A program made the position numbers and the translations under genes. This document shows positions 22,701 through 32,047 of a stretch of 36,074 bases of DNA, one piece after another. This DNA comes from Armatimonadia bacterium (lineage in GTDB: Bacteria > Armatimonadota > Zipacnadia > Zipacnadales > UBA11051). Where the stretch lies: contig JBDKRC010000151.1 in NCBI GenBank assembly GCA_039683575.1, positions 1-36,074 on the forward strand, in the 5' to 3' direction. Every line of letters begins with the position of its first letter. Position 1 is the first letter of the stretch. The notes beneath the pieces are model-generated. The model worked only from the letters and a program-made list of their open reading frames with translations. It did no database searches and had not been told where the DNA came from.

Positions 22701-24779
22701 CTACTTCGCCTTCAACCCCAGTACCCACCCGGTCTCGTCCGCTACATATACTTCGTCTTCCGTCGCCGCTGGCGCCGCGAACATGAACATCCCCGGCGCC
22801 ACCTGACACTGCGCCACTACTGCCCCCTGCGCCGCGTCCAGCCCCGTCAGTATCCCCCTGTCCGACGTCACCCACACTCGCCCGCCCGCTTCCACCGGGG
22901 GCACCGGCAGGTACCCCGTCGGCACCTTGGCCTCCCACACCACCGTCCCATCCGCCAGGCGCTTGCTCACCCGCCCGTCCGGATGCCGCAGATACACGGT
23001 TCCACCCGTGCCTGCAGCCACGGCACTGCAACTCTCCTCCTGCGGCTGCAGCGCCCCCGTCAGCCGGTCGTACACGGTCAGCTTGTATCCTCGGTCGGCC
23101 ACGAACAGGTTACTGCCCGCCACTACCGGCGGCGCATCAGCCGGGCTGTAGTACCGGCTCGCGCTGGCCCGGTTGCTCCCCCGGCTCAGCGCCTTCCAGC
23201 GCACCTTGCCATTTTGGAGCCCGATCGCATACACATAGCCATCCCACGATCCCGCGAACACCTGCTGTCCATCGGTCGCGACGCCACTCTCGATGGCATA
23301 GGTTGGTTCGTCACACCGCCACAGAAGCCTCCCCGTGCCCGCATCCAAGGCTACTACGTCCCCGTCATTGTTCGCACAAACCACACGGTTCCCAACCAGC
23401 ATCGGGCTCGCATACACAGCGGCCCCGGTCTGATATCGCCAGACAAGCTTGCCGTCGGCTGTCAGGCACAGCAGTTCCCCACGACTGTTGCCGACGCATA
23501 TCCGCCCTTTTGGCAGCACCAGCGGCTGCGACCGCACTTGGCCACCAACGGGGCATACGAGCACGCTCTGGCCGCTCTCACGGTTCAGTGCCCGCAGTAT
23601 ACCGTCATTGCTCCCGACATACAGCCGCCGACCCACCACCGTGAGCGGCGCCTGACACTCCCCGCCGACCTGTCGTGCCCACCGTAGCTCCAGCCCTCCA
23701 CCCGCCACCCAGAATCGCCGCCAACGGAACGTCACGATGCCCTGCGCGTCAGTCAGTTCCAGCTTCACCGCATGCGCGCCCGGCTCCAGGTCCGCGGGCA
23801 ACTCACCTCGGAACATCCCCTTCTCCAGCCTCATCTCGCCCTCGCGCTCCCCTTCCATCCACCGCGCCCTGGCCACCCGCTCAGGTTGGGTGACCCCCAT
23901 CGCCACCCGCAGCGCTCTTTGCTTCAGAACGCACCCGTCAGTTGGCTCAACACACTGCACCTGCAGGAATGGCGACCGCGCCTGCATGGGCTTCTCCAAC
24001 ACCGCCACCTGTTTCGGCTCGGTACTCAGGAACTGATGGCACACCCGCACCATCCCATCCTTGACGGACACAATCCCATAGCCGCGCCGCGGCCCGTACG
24101 CGCTCCCGCCCATGACCGCGTCAAACCCGCCAACCATCCGGTGAGTCATCCCGTGCCCGTGCCCATCGAGTATCAGCACCACGTTGCGCGTCTGCAGCAC
24201 TTCCTGCAGCCGCTCCCGCGCATACGCACTCGCGAACTCAGTGCTGTTGAGCGGGTGATGGCAGAAGAAGAACACCGGTTGCTCCGCCGGCGTCCCCGCA
24301 AGCTCCTTCGCGAGCCACCGCAGTCCCTCAGTCGCCACAGAGGGCCGCGGGTCCTGGGGTGTGGCGGTATCAAAGCCGATGAACTTCGCGCCGCCATAGC
24401 TGAACGCGTAGAATGCACTGCCCTCAAGTCTCTCCAACCTCGGGCGGTTGCAGTCCCAGGTGTTGTCATGGTTGCCCAACTGGTGGTGCGCCGGTCGCGG
24501 CCACGCTTTCCACAGGTCCAGGTACCCCTGCCAGTTGCCATCCCCGCCGCCGAACTCGTTGAGGTCCCCCGTCACCAGGGCAAATGCCGGAGCCTCTGCC
24601 GTCACGCCATAGGGCTGCAACTCCACAGGCCCCCGCGGCAGTGAGGCTATGGTCTGCGCGCTGTCACTGTTCAGGTGGGGATAGTGCACGTCCGACAGAT
24701 GTACGAACGTGCAGTTCTCCAGCCCCCACACCGGCAGGGCCAGCAGAATGCAGACGATGATCAACGCGCGGGATTTCAT
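22701..24779 (-). CDS. Secreted calcineurin-like metallophosphoesterase fused to a PQQ-like (BamB-type) beta-propeller
   Basis: SDVH, TGDL, GNHD, CHHP and DGHGH metallophosphoesterase motifs; repeated DG..ALDA.TG..LW blades. Confidence 0.88.
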   Translation of the reverse strand: MKSRALIIVCILLALPVWGLENCTFVHLSDVHYPHLNSDSAQTIASLPRGPVELQPYGVTAEAPAFALVTGDLNEFGGGDGNWQGYLDLWKAWPRPAHHQLGNHDNTWDCNRPRLERLEGSAFYAFSYGGAKFIGFDTATPQDPRPSVATEGLRWLAKELAGTPAEQPVFFFCHHPLNSTEFASAYARERLQEVLQTRNVVLILDGHGHGMTHRMVGGFDAVMGGSAYGPRRGYGIVSVKDGMVRVCHQFLSTEPKQVAVLEKPMQARSPFLQVQCVEPTDGCVLKQRALRVAMGVTQPERVARARWMEGEREGEMRLEKGMFRGELPADLEPGAHAVKLELTDAQGIVTFRWRRFWVAGGGLELRWARQVGGECQAPLTVVGRRLYVGSNDGILRALNRESGQSVLVCPVGGQVRSQPLVLPKGRICVGNSRGELLCLTADGKLVWRYQTGAAVYASPMLVGNRVVCANNDGDVVALDAGTGRLLWRCDEPTYAIESGVATDGQQVFAGSWDGYVYAIGLQNGKVRWKALSRGSNRASASRYYSPADAPPVVAGSNLFVADRGYKLTVYDRLTGALQPQEESCSAVAAGTGGTVYLRHPDGRVSKRLADGTVVWEAKVPTGYLPVPPVEAGGRVWVTSDRGILTGLDAAQGAVVAQCQVAPGMFMFAAPAATEDEVYVADETGWVLGLKAK

Positions 24780-25909
24780 TCGTAGACCCAGTACTGGTGT
24801 AGCTCAGCCGCAGCAGCCCGCAGTTCTTCCTGCCATCCCGCCACGATCTCCTCGGCGGGCTTCAGCGCCACAATCCCCTCAACCGCCGCGGTACTCCCCA
24901 GCAGGTGCCACATTCTCTCGGCGCCGAACTCCTCCGGCCAGAGCCGCTGCAGCACCAGCGCAATCTGCACGGCCGCCGTCACCGGCTGCATGCTGTCCCA
25001 GTCTTCACCGACAACATACACGCCCTGGCAGACCTCGCCCACATACTCCCGTTCATACGGCACGAACTGCATCGGCACGAAGCTCATCCCGCTGACCTGT
25101 GCTTCATTCAGCGCCTCGGCCAGCCGCAGGTCATCCGCCCATGGCGCGCCGAAGACTTCGAACGGCATGCCTGTCCCCCGCCCCACTGACAGCTTGCAGG
25201 ACTCAAGCGTCCCTATGGCTGGATAGAGCACCGCCTGACGCAGATTCCGGATGTTGGGCGAGGGGTTGATCCACGGCAGCCCCGTCTCCTGGAACCACAT
25301 GCTCCGCTTCCAGTTGACGCACGGCACGGTATGCAGCGTGGCCTTCAGGCCGTACTTCACGTTCGCCCACGCCGCCAACTCCGCCGAAGTCAGCCCATGC
25401 CGCAGCGGAATCGGGTGCCAGGCTGACAGCGCGTGGAAGGGCTTATCCAGCACCGGACCCTCCACTACATCGCCTCGGATCGGGTTGGGCCGGTCCAGGA
25501 CCCACATCGGCACTCCCGCCTCCCCGCAGGCCGCCAGGCAGTGGGTCATGGTGGTCGTGTAGGTGTAGAATCTGAGCCCAATGTCAGCGATGTCATACAC
25601 CATCGCCTCCAGCCCGGCCAGGACCTCCGGGTCGGGCTTCTTGTCGTGGCCATAGAGGCTGTGGATGGGCAGGCCCGTTGGCTCGTGTACCCCTGAGGCC
25701 ACGGGCTGATCGAGTTTGCCCTGAAAGCCATGCTCCGGGGCGAACAGCGCGACCACCTGCACCCCCGCGGCGAGGGCCAGATCGAGCAGATGCTCACGCT
25801 TGCGGTTGATGGCGGTATGGTTGCAGAGCAGGCCGACGCGGTGGCCCTGCAGTGACTTGAAGGCTTCGGCCTCGAGCATGTCGAGACCAGTCAGTACTGG
25901 TTTGATCAA
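24776..25909 (-). CDS. namZ: Exo-beta-N-acetylmuramidase NamZ (DUF1343) family
   Basis: VGLLCNHT, LFAPEHG, SLYG, DIADIGLRFYTY, LDRPNP, RHGLT, PSPNI and SVGRGT..PFE motifs. Confidence 0.9.
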   Translation of the reverse strand: MIKPVLTGLDMLEAEAFKSLQGHRVGLLCNHTAINRKREHLLDLALAAGVQVVALFAPEHGFQGKLDQPVASGVHEPTGLPIHSLYGHDKKPDPEVLAGLEAMVYDIADIGLRFYTYTTTMTHCLAACGEAGVPMWVLDRPNPIRGDVVEGPVLDKPFHALSAWHPIPLRHGLTSAELAAWANVKYGLKATLHTVPCVNWKRSMWFQETGLPWINPSPNIRNLRQAVLYPAIGTLESCKLSVGRGTGMPFEVFGAPWADDLRLAEALNEAQVSGMSFVPMQFVPYEREYVGEVCQGVYVVGEDWDSMQPVTAAVQIALVLQRLWPEEFGAERMWHLLGSTAAVEGIVALKPAEEIVAGWQEELRAAAAELHQYWVYE

Positions 25910-25951
25910 AACACTACCTCTTTGATGATTTCACCCATGACCGCGCGCCTA

Positions 25952-27445
25952 CTATTCAACTAATTTACTAACTACTGTATTAACCGAATAGTAATCTTGT
26001 TCCAGGTCTCCGGAGGGGCAAAGTGCTCTGACGGCGTCTTCAGCACGCTTCGCCCAGCGGATGATTTTGCGGAATTTTGGGGCAGAATAGCAGTATTGGT
26101 TAACATGACCTGCAGCAATTACCTGCGGATTCCACTCGATAGCCAGCTTCGCGCTCTCCACAAAGCCCTCGAACCGGCTGCCATTGTAGGCGCAGAATCC
26201 ACCGGTACCATTCCACTTTGAGGTTGGTGTGAACGAGTCCCCCGCAAAGAGCACTTTCCGCCCATCCACCACCGTCATCCAGACACAGTGCCACCAGGTC
26301 TGCCCCGGCCACGGGGCGACCTGTATTGCGTACTCATTCCACTGCCAGTCCCCGCGCTCCGGCCACAGCTCATCGCCCTCTATGGGCATCTCCAGCCGCC
26401 AGGGCAGGCATTTGCCGGGCTCCAGCGCCTCCGCGATCAGCGGGTGCAGGTAGGCCTTGGCCCCGTACTTCTCGCGAAGCTGCGGCATACCATCACAGTG
26501 GTCGTAGTGGTAGTGGCTCACGGTCATGGCGGTTGGCCTGACCTTGACCTCTGCCAGCAGTCGCTCCAGGGCAGGCAGATCGCCACGCGTGGGGTCGACC
26601 ACCAGGCCCTCCCCGGTATCCGAAAGGAGCAGATAGCCGTTGCCGCCGAACTGGTATAGATGCGGCGAAAGCCGCCGTGCACCGCTCTCCGTGGCTTCTA
26701 CGGGGAGATAGCGGTCCTTCTCTCCAGGGCTGATCTGGCCCTTCGCGTGGTAGAAGCTCATCAGCTTGCGACTCAGGCGCGCCAACATTGGGCGGGCGCC
26801 CTTGTCAATTACGGAGCCATGGGAGGGGCAGAGCAGTCCGATGCTGATGTTGCGCAGGCGCTCGATGCCTTCCCACGCCGCAAGCGCCCCGGTGCCGGTC
26901 CAGTGGTCGGTTTCGAGGTGGAAGGGCTGCCAGAGCGTCGCGCCCTCATGGGCTGCATCGCCACAGAAGACGATTTGCTTGCCGCGGTGGTCTACGATGA
27001 CAGTGCAGGCGTTGGCGCCGTGCCCGGGGGTGTGCATGAAGCGTATCCGTCGGCCGCGCCAGAGCAGGTGCCCGTTGCCCACCATGTCGTAGCGGACGTC
27101 CGGAACGCGCTTTGGCGGCTCGTAGTTGGGCGGGCAGCCCATGCCGTACCACGGCGGCAGGCCGAACTCAGCAGCGCGCTCGGGGGCCAGAAAGCGCTCC
27201 TCGCCCGCCGGCGCGTGGATGAGGCAATCGCCGCGCTCCCACTCGGCCAGCCCCTCGCACTGCTCGCGATGGGCATGGGTGATGAAGACGTGGTCAAGGT
27301 GCTTCACGCCCAGTTCGGGCAGGGCTGAGAGCCACTCCCCACCGCCGAAATCGATGGCAATCGCGTGGTCGCCATCGCAGACGAGGTAGACGTTGCAGGC
27401 GCCCTTGAATAGCCACAGGCCCGGCAGAAGCTCGCGTCGGTCCAT
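25952..27445 (-). CDS. Protein with two tandem metallo-beta-lactamase-fold domains
   Basis: Domain 1: ITHAHREQC, TPGH, FCGD, PSHG. Domain 2: VSHYHYDHC, PGQT, FAGD, AGH. Confidence 0.88.
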   Translation of the reverse strand: MDRRELLPGLWLFKGACNVYLVCDGDHAIAIDFGGGEWLSALPELGVKHLDHVFITHAHREQCEGLAEWERGDCLIHAPAGEERFLAPERAAEFGLPPWYGMGCPPNYEPPKRVPDVRYDMVGNGHLLWRGRRIRFMHTPGHGANACTVIVDHRGKQIVFCGDAAHEGATLWQPFHLETDHWTGTGALAAWEGIERLRNISIGLLCPSHGSVIDKGARPMLARLSRKLMSFYHAKGQISPGEKDRYLPVEATESGARRLSPHLYQFGGNGYLLLSDTGEGLVVDPTRGDLPALERLLAEVKVRPTAMTVSHYHYDHCDGMPQLREKYGAKAYLHPLIAEALEPGKCLPWRLEMPIEGDELWPERGDWQWNEYAIQVAPWPGQTWWHCVWMTVVDGRKVLFAGDSFTPTSKWNGTGGFCAYNGSRFEGFVESAKLAIEWNPQVIAAGHVNQYCYSAPKFRKIIRWAKRAEDAVRALCPSGDLEQDYYSVNTVVSKLVE

Positions 27446-27472
27446 TGATATCCTCCGAAGGCGCTTACCGGC

Positions 27473-27573
27473 TTGTCATGCTGAGCGTGCGCAGTCTGCT
27501 GCGCCGCGAAGCATCTCGCTGCATGGGGGATGCTTCGCTTGCCGGACGCGGACGTCCGGGCTCAGCATGACAA
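27473..27573. repeat. Nested palindromic element (TGTCATGCTGAG...CTCAGCATGACA), copy 1
   Basis: 14-bp terminal inverted repeat, inner GCGAAGCATC/GATGCTTCGC stem and two side hairpins. Confidence 0.85.
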
Positions 27574-27593
27574 CCCTGGGTGGCGCACGAATG

Positions 27594-28616
27594 TCAGCGG
27601 CGCAGCCAGTCTACGGGATACTTCCGTCCCATGGCGCAGTTGCGGCAGAGGGGCAGCGCGGCGGCTTTGCCCTGTGAGAGCAGCGTCCTAATCCCCCTCA
27701 GCGTTTGTCCCCGCCATAGCTCGCCGAGAGGCGTCACGTTCGCATCCCCCAGGCCCTCTTCGCCCAGCACATCGTAGCAGCACAACGCCATACGCCCGTC
27801 GGCCTGTATGACCTGGGTGTCGCTGGGATGGCCGCAGTACAGGTACAGGAAGTCGCTCCGGCTGTCTGGCTCGCGGAACGGCCGTGCGTCCACCTGTCCG
27901 GCCCAGTCGGTGAAGGGTTTTAGTTCGACCCGCACATTCCCCGCGCCTCCCGCCAGTTCCCGCCAGCGACGCACCGCTTCCTCGAACTCTGGCTGCGTGG
28001 TGCGGGAGGCGATGATCTGGACTGCTATGGTCGGCAGAGCATGGGGATGCTGCAGGTTCAGCGCCAGCAGGCGCTCGACGTTTGCCACCACTTCCTCAAA
28101 GCAGGCGCCGACCCTCATGGCCTCATAGGTCTCGCGAGTGGTACCGTCAATCGACAGCGCCAGCCATGTCAGGCGCGAATCCAGCAGACCCAGTGCCATC
28201 TGCTCATCCAGCAGTACCGCGTTGGTGCTGAGGTTGAGGCCCTTCATGGAATCTCGGAGGCCCCCACGGCGGACGACATTGGGCAGGCGCTGGCCGGCGT
28301 ACTCGATGAACTCGAGCAGGCGAGGGTGCAGGAGGGGCTCGCCGAAGCCGTGCAGCGCCACGAGGTCCACGAGGTCGCGCGCATCGGCCTGGGCTACCTG
28401 GTCGATGAGTGACCGGAACAGGTCCCACGACATGTCCTGCCCGGGCTTCTCGCGCCGCGAGCGGGGGCACATGGGGCATTGGAGGTTGCAGCGGCTCGTG
28501 GTTTCGATGATGACGGAGCGGGGGAAGTCGAGGGGGCGCGGATGGCGCAGGCGGGTATAAAGACGCGCCACACATGGGTTGACGGCCCTGAAGAAGGCGC
28601 CTTGCGTGTTACTCAT
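27594..28616 (-). CDS. Radical SAM protein with C-terminal SPASM/Twitch domain
   Basis: CNLQCPMC, GFGEPLLHP, STNA and SIDG motifs; C-terminal C...CCYD...C..C. Confidence 0.93.
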   Translation of the reverse strand: MSNTQGAFFRAVNPCVARLYTRLRHPRPLDFPRSVIIETTSRCNLQCPMCPRSRREKPGQDMSWDLFRSLIDQVAQADARDLVDLVALHGFGEPLLHPRLLEFIEYAGQRLPNVVRRGGLRDSMKGLNLSTNAVLLDEQMALGLLDSRLTWLALSIDGTTRETYEAMRVGACFEEVVANVERLLALNLQHPHALPTIAVQIIASRTTQPEFEEAVRRWRELAGGAGNVRVELKPFTDWAGQVDARPFREPDSRSDFLYLYCGHPSDTQVIQADGRMALCCYDVLGEEGLGDANVTPLGELWRGQTLRGIRTLLSQGKAAALPLCRNCAMGRKYPVDWLRR

Positions 28617-28702
28617 GTGCGGCGGGTCCTGAGGGGCGTGGAATAGCTTCGTAGGTCGCCAGCAAGTGATACGGCCCCCTCAGCCGTGTAAGGCAACAAG
28701 CT

Positions 28703-28769
28703 TGTCATGCTGAACAGAGTGAAGCATCTCCGCCCAGTGGAGGGGTCCTTCGCTGCGCTCAGGATGACA
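28703..28769. repeat. Nested palindromic element, copy 2 (shorter)
   Basis: TGTCATGCTGAAC..GTGAAGCATCTC...GTCCTTCGCT..GCTCAGGATGACA; shares GCTTGTCATGCTGA exactly with copy 1. Confidence 0.8.
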
Positions 28770-28804
28770 TGCCCTGGCGCAGCGAAGGCCTAATACACAG
28801 GGAA

Positions 28805-29812
28805 CTAGCTGTTGCAGAACTGGGCGCGCAGGGCGGCCACAGCGATGACGCCGTAGATGTCCTCGGGGGAGGCGCCACGGGACAGGTCCAGGCCCGTCCG
28901 GGCGAGGCCCTGCACCAGCGGGCCGTAGGCACCGGCGCCAGCGAGGCGCTGCACGAGCTTGTAGCCGATGTTGCCAGCGTCGAGGTCAGGGAAGATCAAC
29001 ACGTTGGCCCGGCCGGCGACCTCGGAGCCCTTGAACTTGGAGGCGCCTACCGAGGGCACGAGGGCGGCGTCAGCCTGCATCTCGCCATCGATCAGGTACT
29101 GCGGAGCCTTCTCCTGCGCGAGCTTGGTGGCGGCGCGGACTTTGTCAACGTCGGGGTGGTCGGCACTGCCATTGGTGGAGAAGGAGAGCATCGCCACGCG
29201 GGGCTCGGCCTGCAGGTAGAGCTTGGCGCTCTCGGCGGTGGTGATGGCCACATCGGCGAGTTGCTCAACAGTCGGGTTGGGGAGCACTCCACAGTCGCCG
29301 AATACGAGCGCGCCGTTCTCGCCCATGTCAGTCATGGGGGTCTCCATGATGAAACAACTGGAGACGGTGTTAACGCCGGGAGCGCACTTGACGATCTGCA
29401 GCAGGGGCCGCAGCACGTCGGGCGTGGAGTTGACGGCCCCGGCCACGGTGCCATCAAGCTCGCCGAGCTTCAGCAGGCAGGAAGCGCAGAAGAGCGGGTC
29501 AAGGACGGTGGAGGCGGCTTTCTCCTCGGTCACTCCCTTGGCCTTGCGCAAGTCAAAGAAGAGCTTGGCGCAGCGATCATGCACGGCCGGATCGGCGGGA
29601 TTGATCAAGGTCAGGCCCTCAAGGCTCACGCCAGCTTCGGCGGCCGCCTTTGACGCCTTTTCAGGGTCGCCAACGAGTACGATCTTCGCGAGGCCGTCGT
29701 CGGCTGCCTTGCGTGCGGCAATGATGGTCCTGGTGTCGCCCACCTCTGGCAGTCCGATGGTCTTGTTGTACTCCCTGGCCCGCTGCTGAATTGATTCCAT
29801 TACGCCCGGCAT
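28805..29812 (-). CDS. pta: Phosphate acetyltransferase
   Basis: LPE..D.R, VSSCFIM, FGDCG..PNP, RVAMLSFST.GS, DGEMQADAAL and FPDLDAGNIGYKLVQR motifs. Confidence 0.96.
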   Translation of the reverse strand: MPGVMESIQQRAREYNKTIGLPEVGDTRTIIAARKAADDGLAKIVLVGDPEKASKAAAEAGVSLEGLTLINPADPAVHDRCAKLFFDLRKAKGVTEEKAASTVLDPLFCASCLLKLGELDGTVAGAVNSTPDVLRPLLQIVKCAPGVNTVSSCFIMETPMTDMGENGALVFGDCGVLPNPTVEQLADVAITTAESAKLYLQAEPRVAMLSFSTNGSADHPDVDKVRAATKLAQEKAPQYLIDGEMQADAALVPSVGASKFKGSEVAGRANVLIFPDLDAGNIGYKLVQRLAGAGAYGPLVQGLARTGLDLSRGASPEDIYGVIAVAALRAQFCNS

Positions 29813-29854
29813 GATACGTGCTCCATTCTATCGGCCGCCTGCTGCGGCGTGATG

Positions 29855-29877
29855 AAAAGCCGGCCACTCCGGCCGGC
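29855..29877 (-). terminator. Intrinsic terminator after guaB
   Basis: GCCGGCC-loop-GGCCGGC followed by TTTT on the minus strand. Confidence 0.7.
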
Positions 29878-29887
29878 GTTTAGTCTA

Positions 29888-31351
29888 CTAACCTGGCACC
29901 TGGTAGTTCGGTGCTTCCTCGGTAATGTTGATGTCGTGGACGTGGCTTTCCTGCAAGCCGGCTACGGTGACCCGGTAGAACTTGGACTTAGCCTGCAGGT
30001 CCGCAATGGTGCGCACGCCGCAGTAGCCCATACCCGCCTGCAGGCCGCCGATCAGTTGGATGACCACAGCGGAGAGTGGCCCCTTGTACGGTACGCGACC
30101 CTCAATGCCCTGAGGCACGAGTTCGTCGCTATCGCGCAGGCCATAGCGTTCCCCGGCACCGGGGCGGCTGCACATCGCGCCAATGGAGCCCATGCCGCGA
30201 TATTCCTTGTAGGTGCGGCCGCGGTACAACACAGTGCTGCCGGGGCTTTCCTCGGTTCCGCCGAAGAGTGAGCCGATCATGACGCAGTCGGCGCCGGCCG
30301 CAATGGCCTTGGTGATGTCACCGGAGTACTTCACGCCGCCGTCGGCGATGAGGGGAATGTCCTTCTTGCGCGTGGCCTTGGCAGCTTCGGTGATGGCTGT
30401 GATCTGCGGCACGCCCGCACCGGCGACGATGCGAGTGGTACAGATCGAGCCGGGACCCATGCCGACTTTGACAGCATCTGCGCCAGCGGCAACCAGATCG
30501 GCGGCGCCCTCCTCAGTAGCGATGTTGCCACCGATGACAGGTAGATCCGGGAAAGCCTCTTTGATCATGGCCACGGTGTCTATGACGTTGTCAGAATGCC
30601 CGTGAGCGCTGTCCACAGCAACGACGTCCACCCCACGCTCGACCAGAGCGGCGACGCGATCCCTGGTGTCGGCCCCTACGCCAACGGCGGCGCCGGCGCG
30701 CAGGCGACCGAGGGGGTCCTTACAGGCTTTGGGATACTTGGCGACTTTCTCGATATCCTTGATGGTGATGAGGCCGAGCAACATGCTCTCTTCATCCACC
30801 ACAGGCAGCTTCTCGATCCGGTGCTTGTGCAGGATCGCTTTGGCTTCCTCAAGGCTCGTGCCCTCGGGAGTGGTAACCAGGTTCGCGCTGGTCATCGCCT
30901 CGCCGATTGGCTTGTTGACATCCGTCTCAAAGCGCAGATCGCGGTTGGTGAGAATGCCGACCAGCTTTTTGCCAACGGTGATGGGCAGACCCGAAATGTG
31001 GTACTTGCTCATCAGCGCGAGGGCGTCGCCTACGCGGTTTTCGGGCGAGAGGGTCACGGGGTCAACGATCATGCCGCTTTCGGAACGCTTTACGCGGTCC
31101 ACCTCGATGGCCTGGGCCTCGATTGACATGTTGCGGTGGATCAGACCGATGCCACCCTCGCGGGCCAGAGCGATGGCCATGGCGGATTCAGTGACCATGT
31201 CCATGGCGGCGGAGAGGATGGGGATATTGAGGGTGATGTCCCTGGTCAAGCGGCAGGTGGTATCCACCTCGCTGGGCAGGAAGCTCGACCGCGCGGGTAC
31301 GAGGATTACATCATCAAAGGAAAGAGCGGTTTTTTCGAAGCGGTCAGACAA
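29888..31351 (-). CDS. guaB: IMP dehydrogenase (with CBS pair)
   Basis: [16 protein letters not shown] (catalytic Cys), IADGG, YRGMGS and ESHVHD motifs. GAGGTGA RBS favours the TTG at 31351; alternative GTG at 31360. Confidence 0.98.
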   Translation of the reverse strand: MSDRFEKTALSFDDVILVPARSSFLPSEVDTTCRLTRDITLNIPILSAAMDMVTESAMAIALAREGGIGLIHRNMSIEAQAIEVDRVKRSESGMIVDPVTLSPENRVGDALALMSKYHISGLPITVGKKLVGILTNRDLRFETDVNKPIGEAMTSANLVTTPEGTSLEEAKAILHKHRIEKLPVVDEESMLLGLITIKDIEKVAKYPKACKDPLGRLRAGAAVGVGADTRDRVAALVERGVDVVAVDSAHGHSDNVIDTVAMIKEAFPDLPVIGGNIATEEGAADLVAAGADAVKVGMGPGSICTTRIVAGAGVPQITAITEAAKATRKKDIPLIADGGVKYSGDITKAIAAGADCVMIGSLFGGTEESPGSTVLYRGRTYKEYRGMGSIGAMCSRPGAGERYGLRDSDELVPQGIEGRVPYKGPLSAVVIQLIGGLQAGMGYCGVRTIADLQAKSKFYRVTVAGLQESHVHDINITEEAPNYQVPG

Positions 31352-31378
31352 TGGTATCACCTCGCGGGTGGTGGCAAG

Positions 31379-31816
31379 TTACTCAGTCGGGTTGAAGACA
31401 GAGAGGCCCTCGGCAGCCGCAGCCTCACACAGCCGCCGGTCAGCGCACCCGAAGACATCGGCCCTGACGGTCAGTGCGGAGGCCAGATGGATAGCGTCGG
31501 CGGCTCGCAGCGCGTGCTTCTCCAGCATTTCCATTGCCCTGAGGGCGACTTCCGGGGCTAGCTCCTGCATCTGCCAGGGAGACGGCATGCCTGCGCGCAG
31601 GACGGCCTGCGTGGTGGCACCGTATTCCAGAGAAACGCGTTGTTCTCGCGCAGCCCGCGCGATGGTGGCGGCCAACTCGACCAGAACGAGGCGGCTGACG
31701 AACGTCTGGTCAGTCTGGCTCTGTTCGAGCCTGAGTACAAGAACAGAGGTCTGCGCTGAACCGACTTCCTCGACAAACAGCTTCACAAGTACGCTGGTGT
31801 CGAAGTAGTAGATCAT
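31379..31816 (-). CDS. vapC: PIN-domain VapC-type toxin
   Basis: YFDTSVLVK..EE.GS, VELA, LRAADAIHLASA and ADRRL motifs; acidic active-site residues intact. Confidence 0.92.
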   Translation of the reverse strand: MIYYFDTSVLVKLFVEEVGSAQTSVLVLRLEQSQTDQTFVSRLVLVELAATIARAAREQRVSLEYGATTQAVLRAGMPSPWQMQELAPEVALRAMEMLEKHALRAADAIHLASALTVRADVFGCADRRLCEAAAAEGLSVFNPTE

Positions 31817-32031
31817 ATCTCGCCACGATCCTCAATGACCATCTCGGTGAGCAGGGGCCCTCTGCCACGCAGGCTGGCAAGCTTGATCCCGAAATGCCTT
31901 TCGAGCCAAGTCTGCTCTTCTTCGACCGCCATCACCTCAACCTCAGTGTCGGGCGCGAGGTCAACCGGGCCGACCGGCACGAAACATCGGCCGTCATAGC
32001 GCGCGCGGATCACTTTGCGATTAGCGCTCAT
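31813..32031 (-). CDS. Putative antitoxin, AF2212/DUF104-like
   Basis: IRARYDGRCFVPVGPVDL..EV motif and C-terminal PLLTEMVIEDR; ATGA overlap with vapC. Confidence 0.75.
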   Translation of the reverse strand: MSANRKVIRARYDGRCFVPVGPVDLAPDTEVEVMAVEEEQTWLERHFGIKLASLRGRGPLLTEMVIEDRGEI

Positions 32032-32047
32032 GGCAGTCACAGCCTTT

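Noticed and set aside
25952-26231. Diversity-generating retroelement variable region
   Set aside because: No template repeat or reverse transcriptase is in the window, and the shift affects codon third positions generally.
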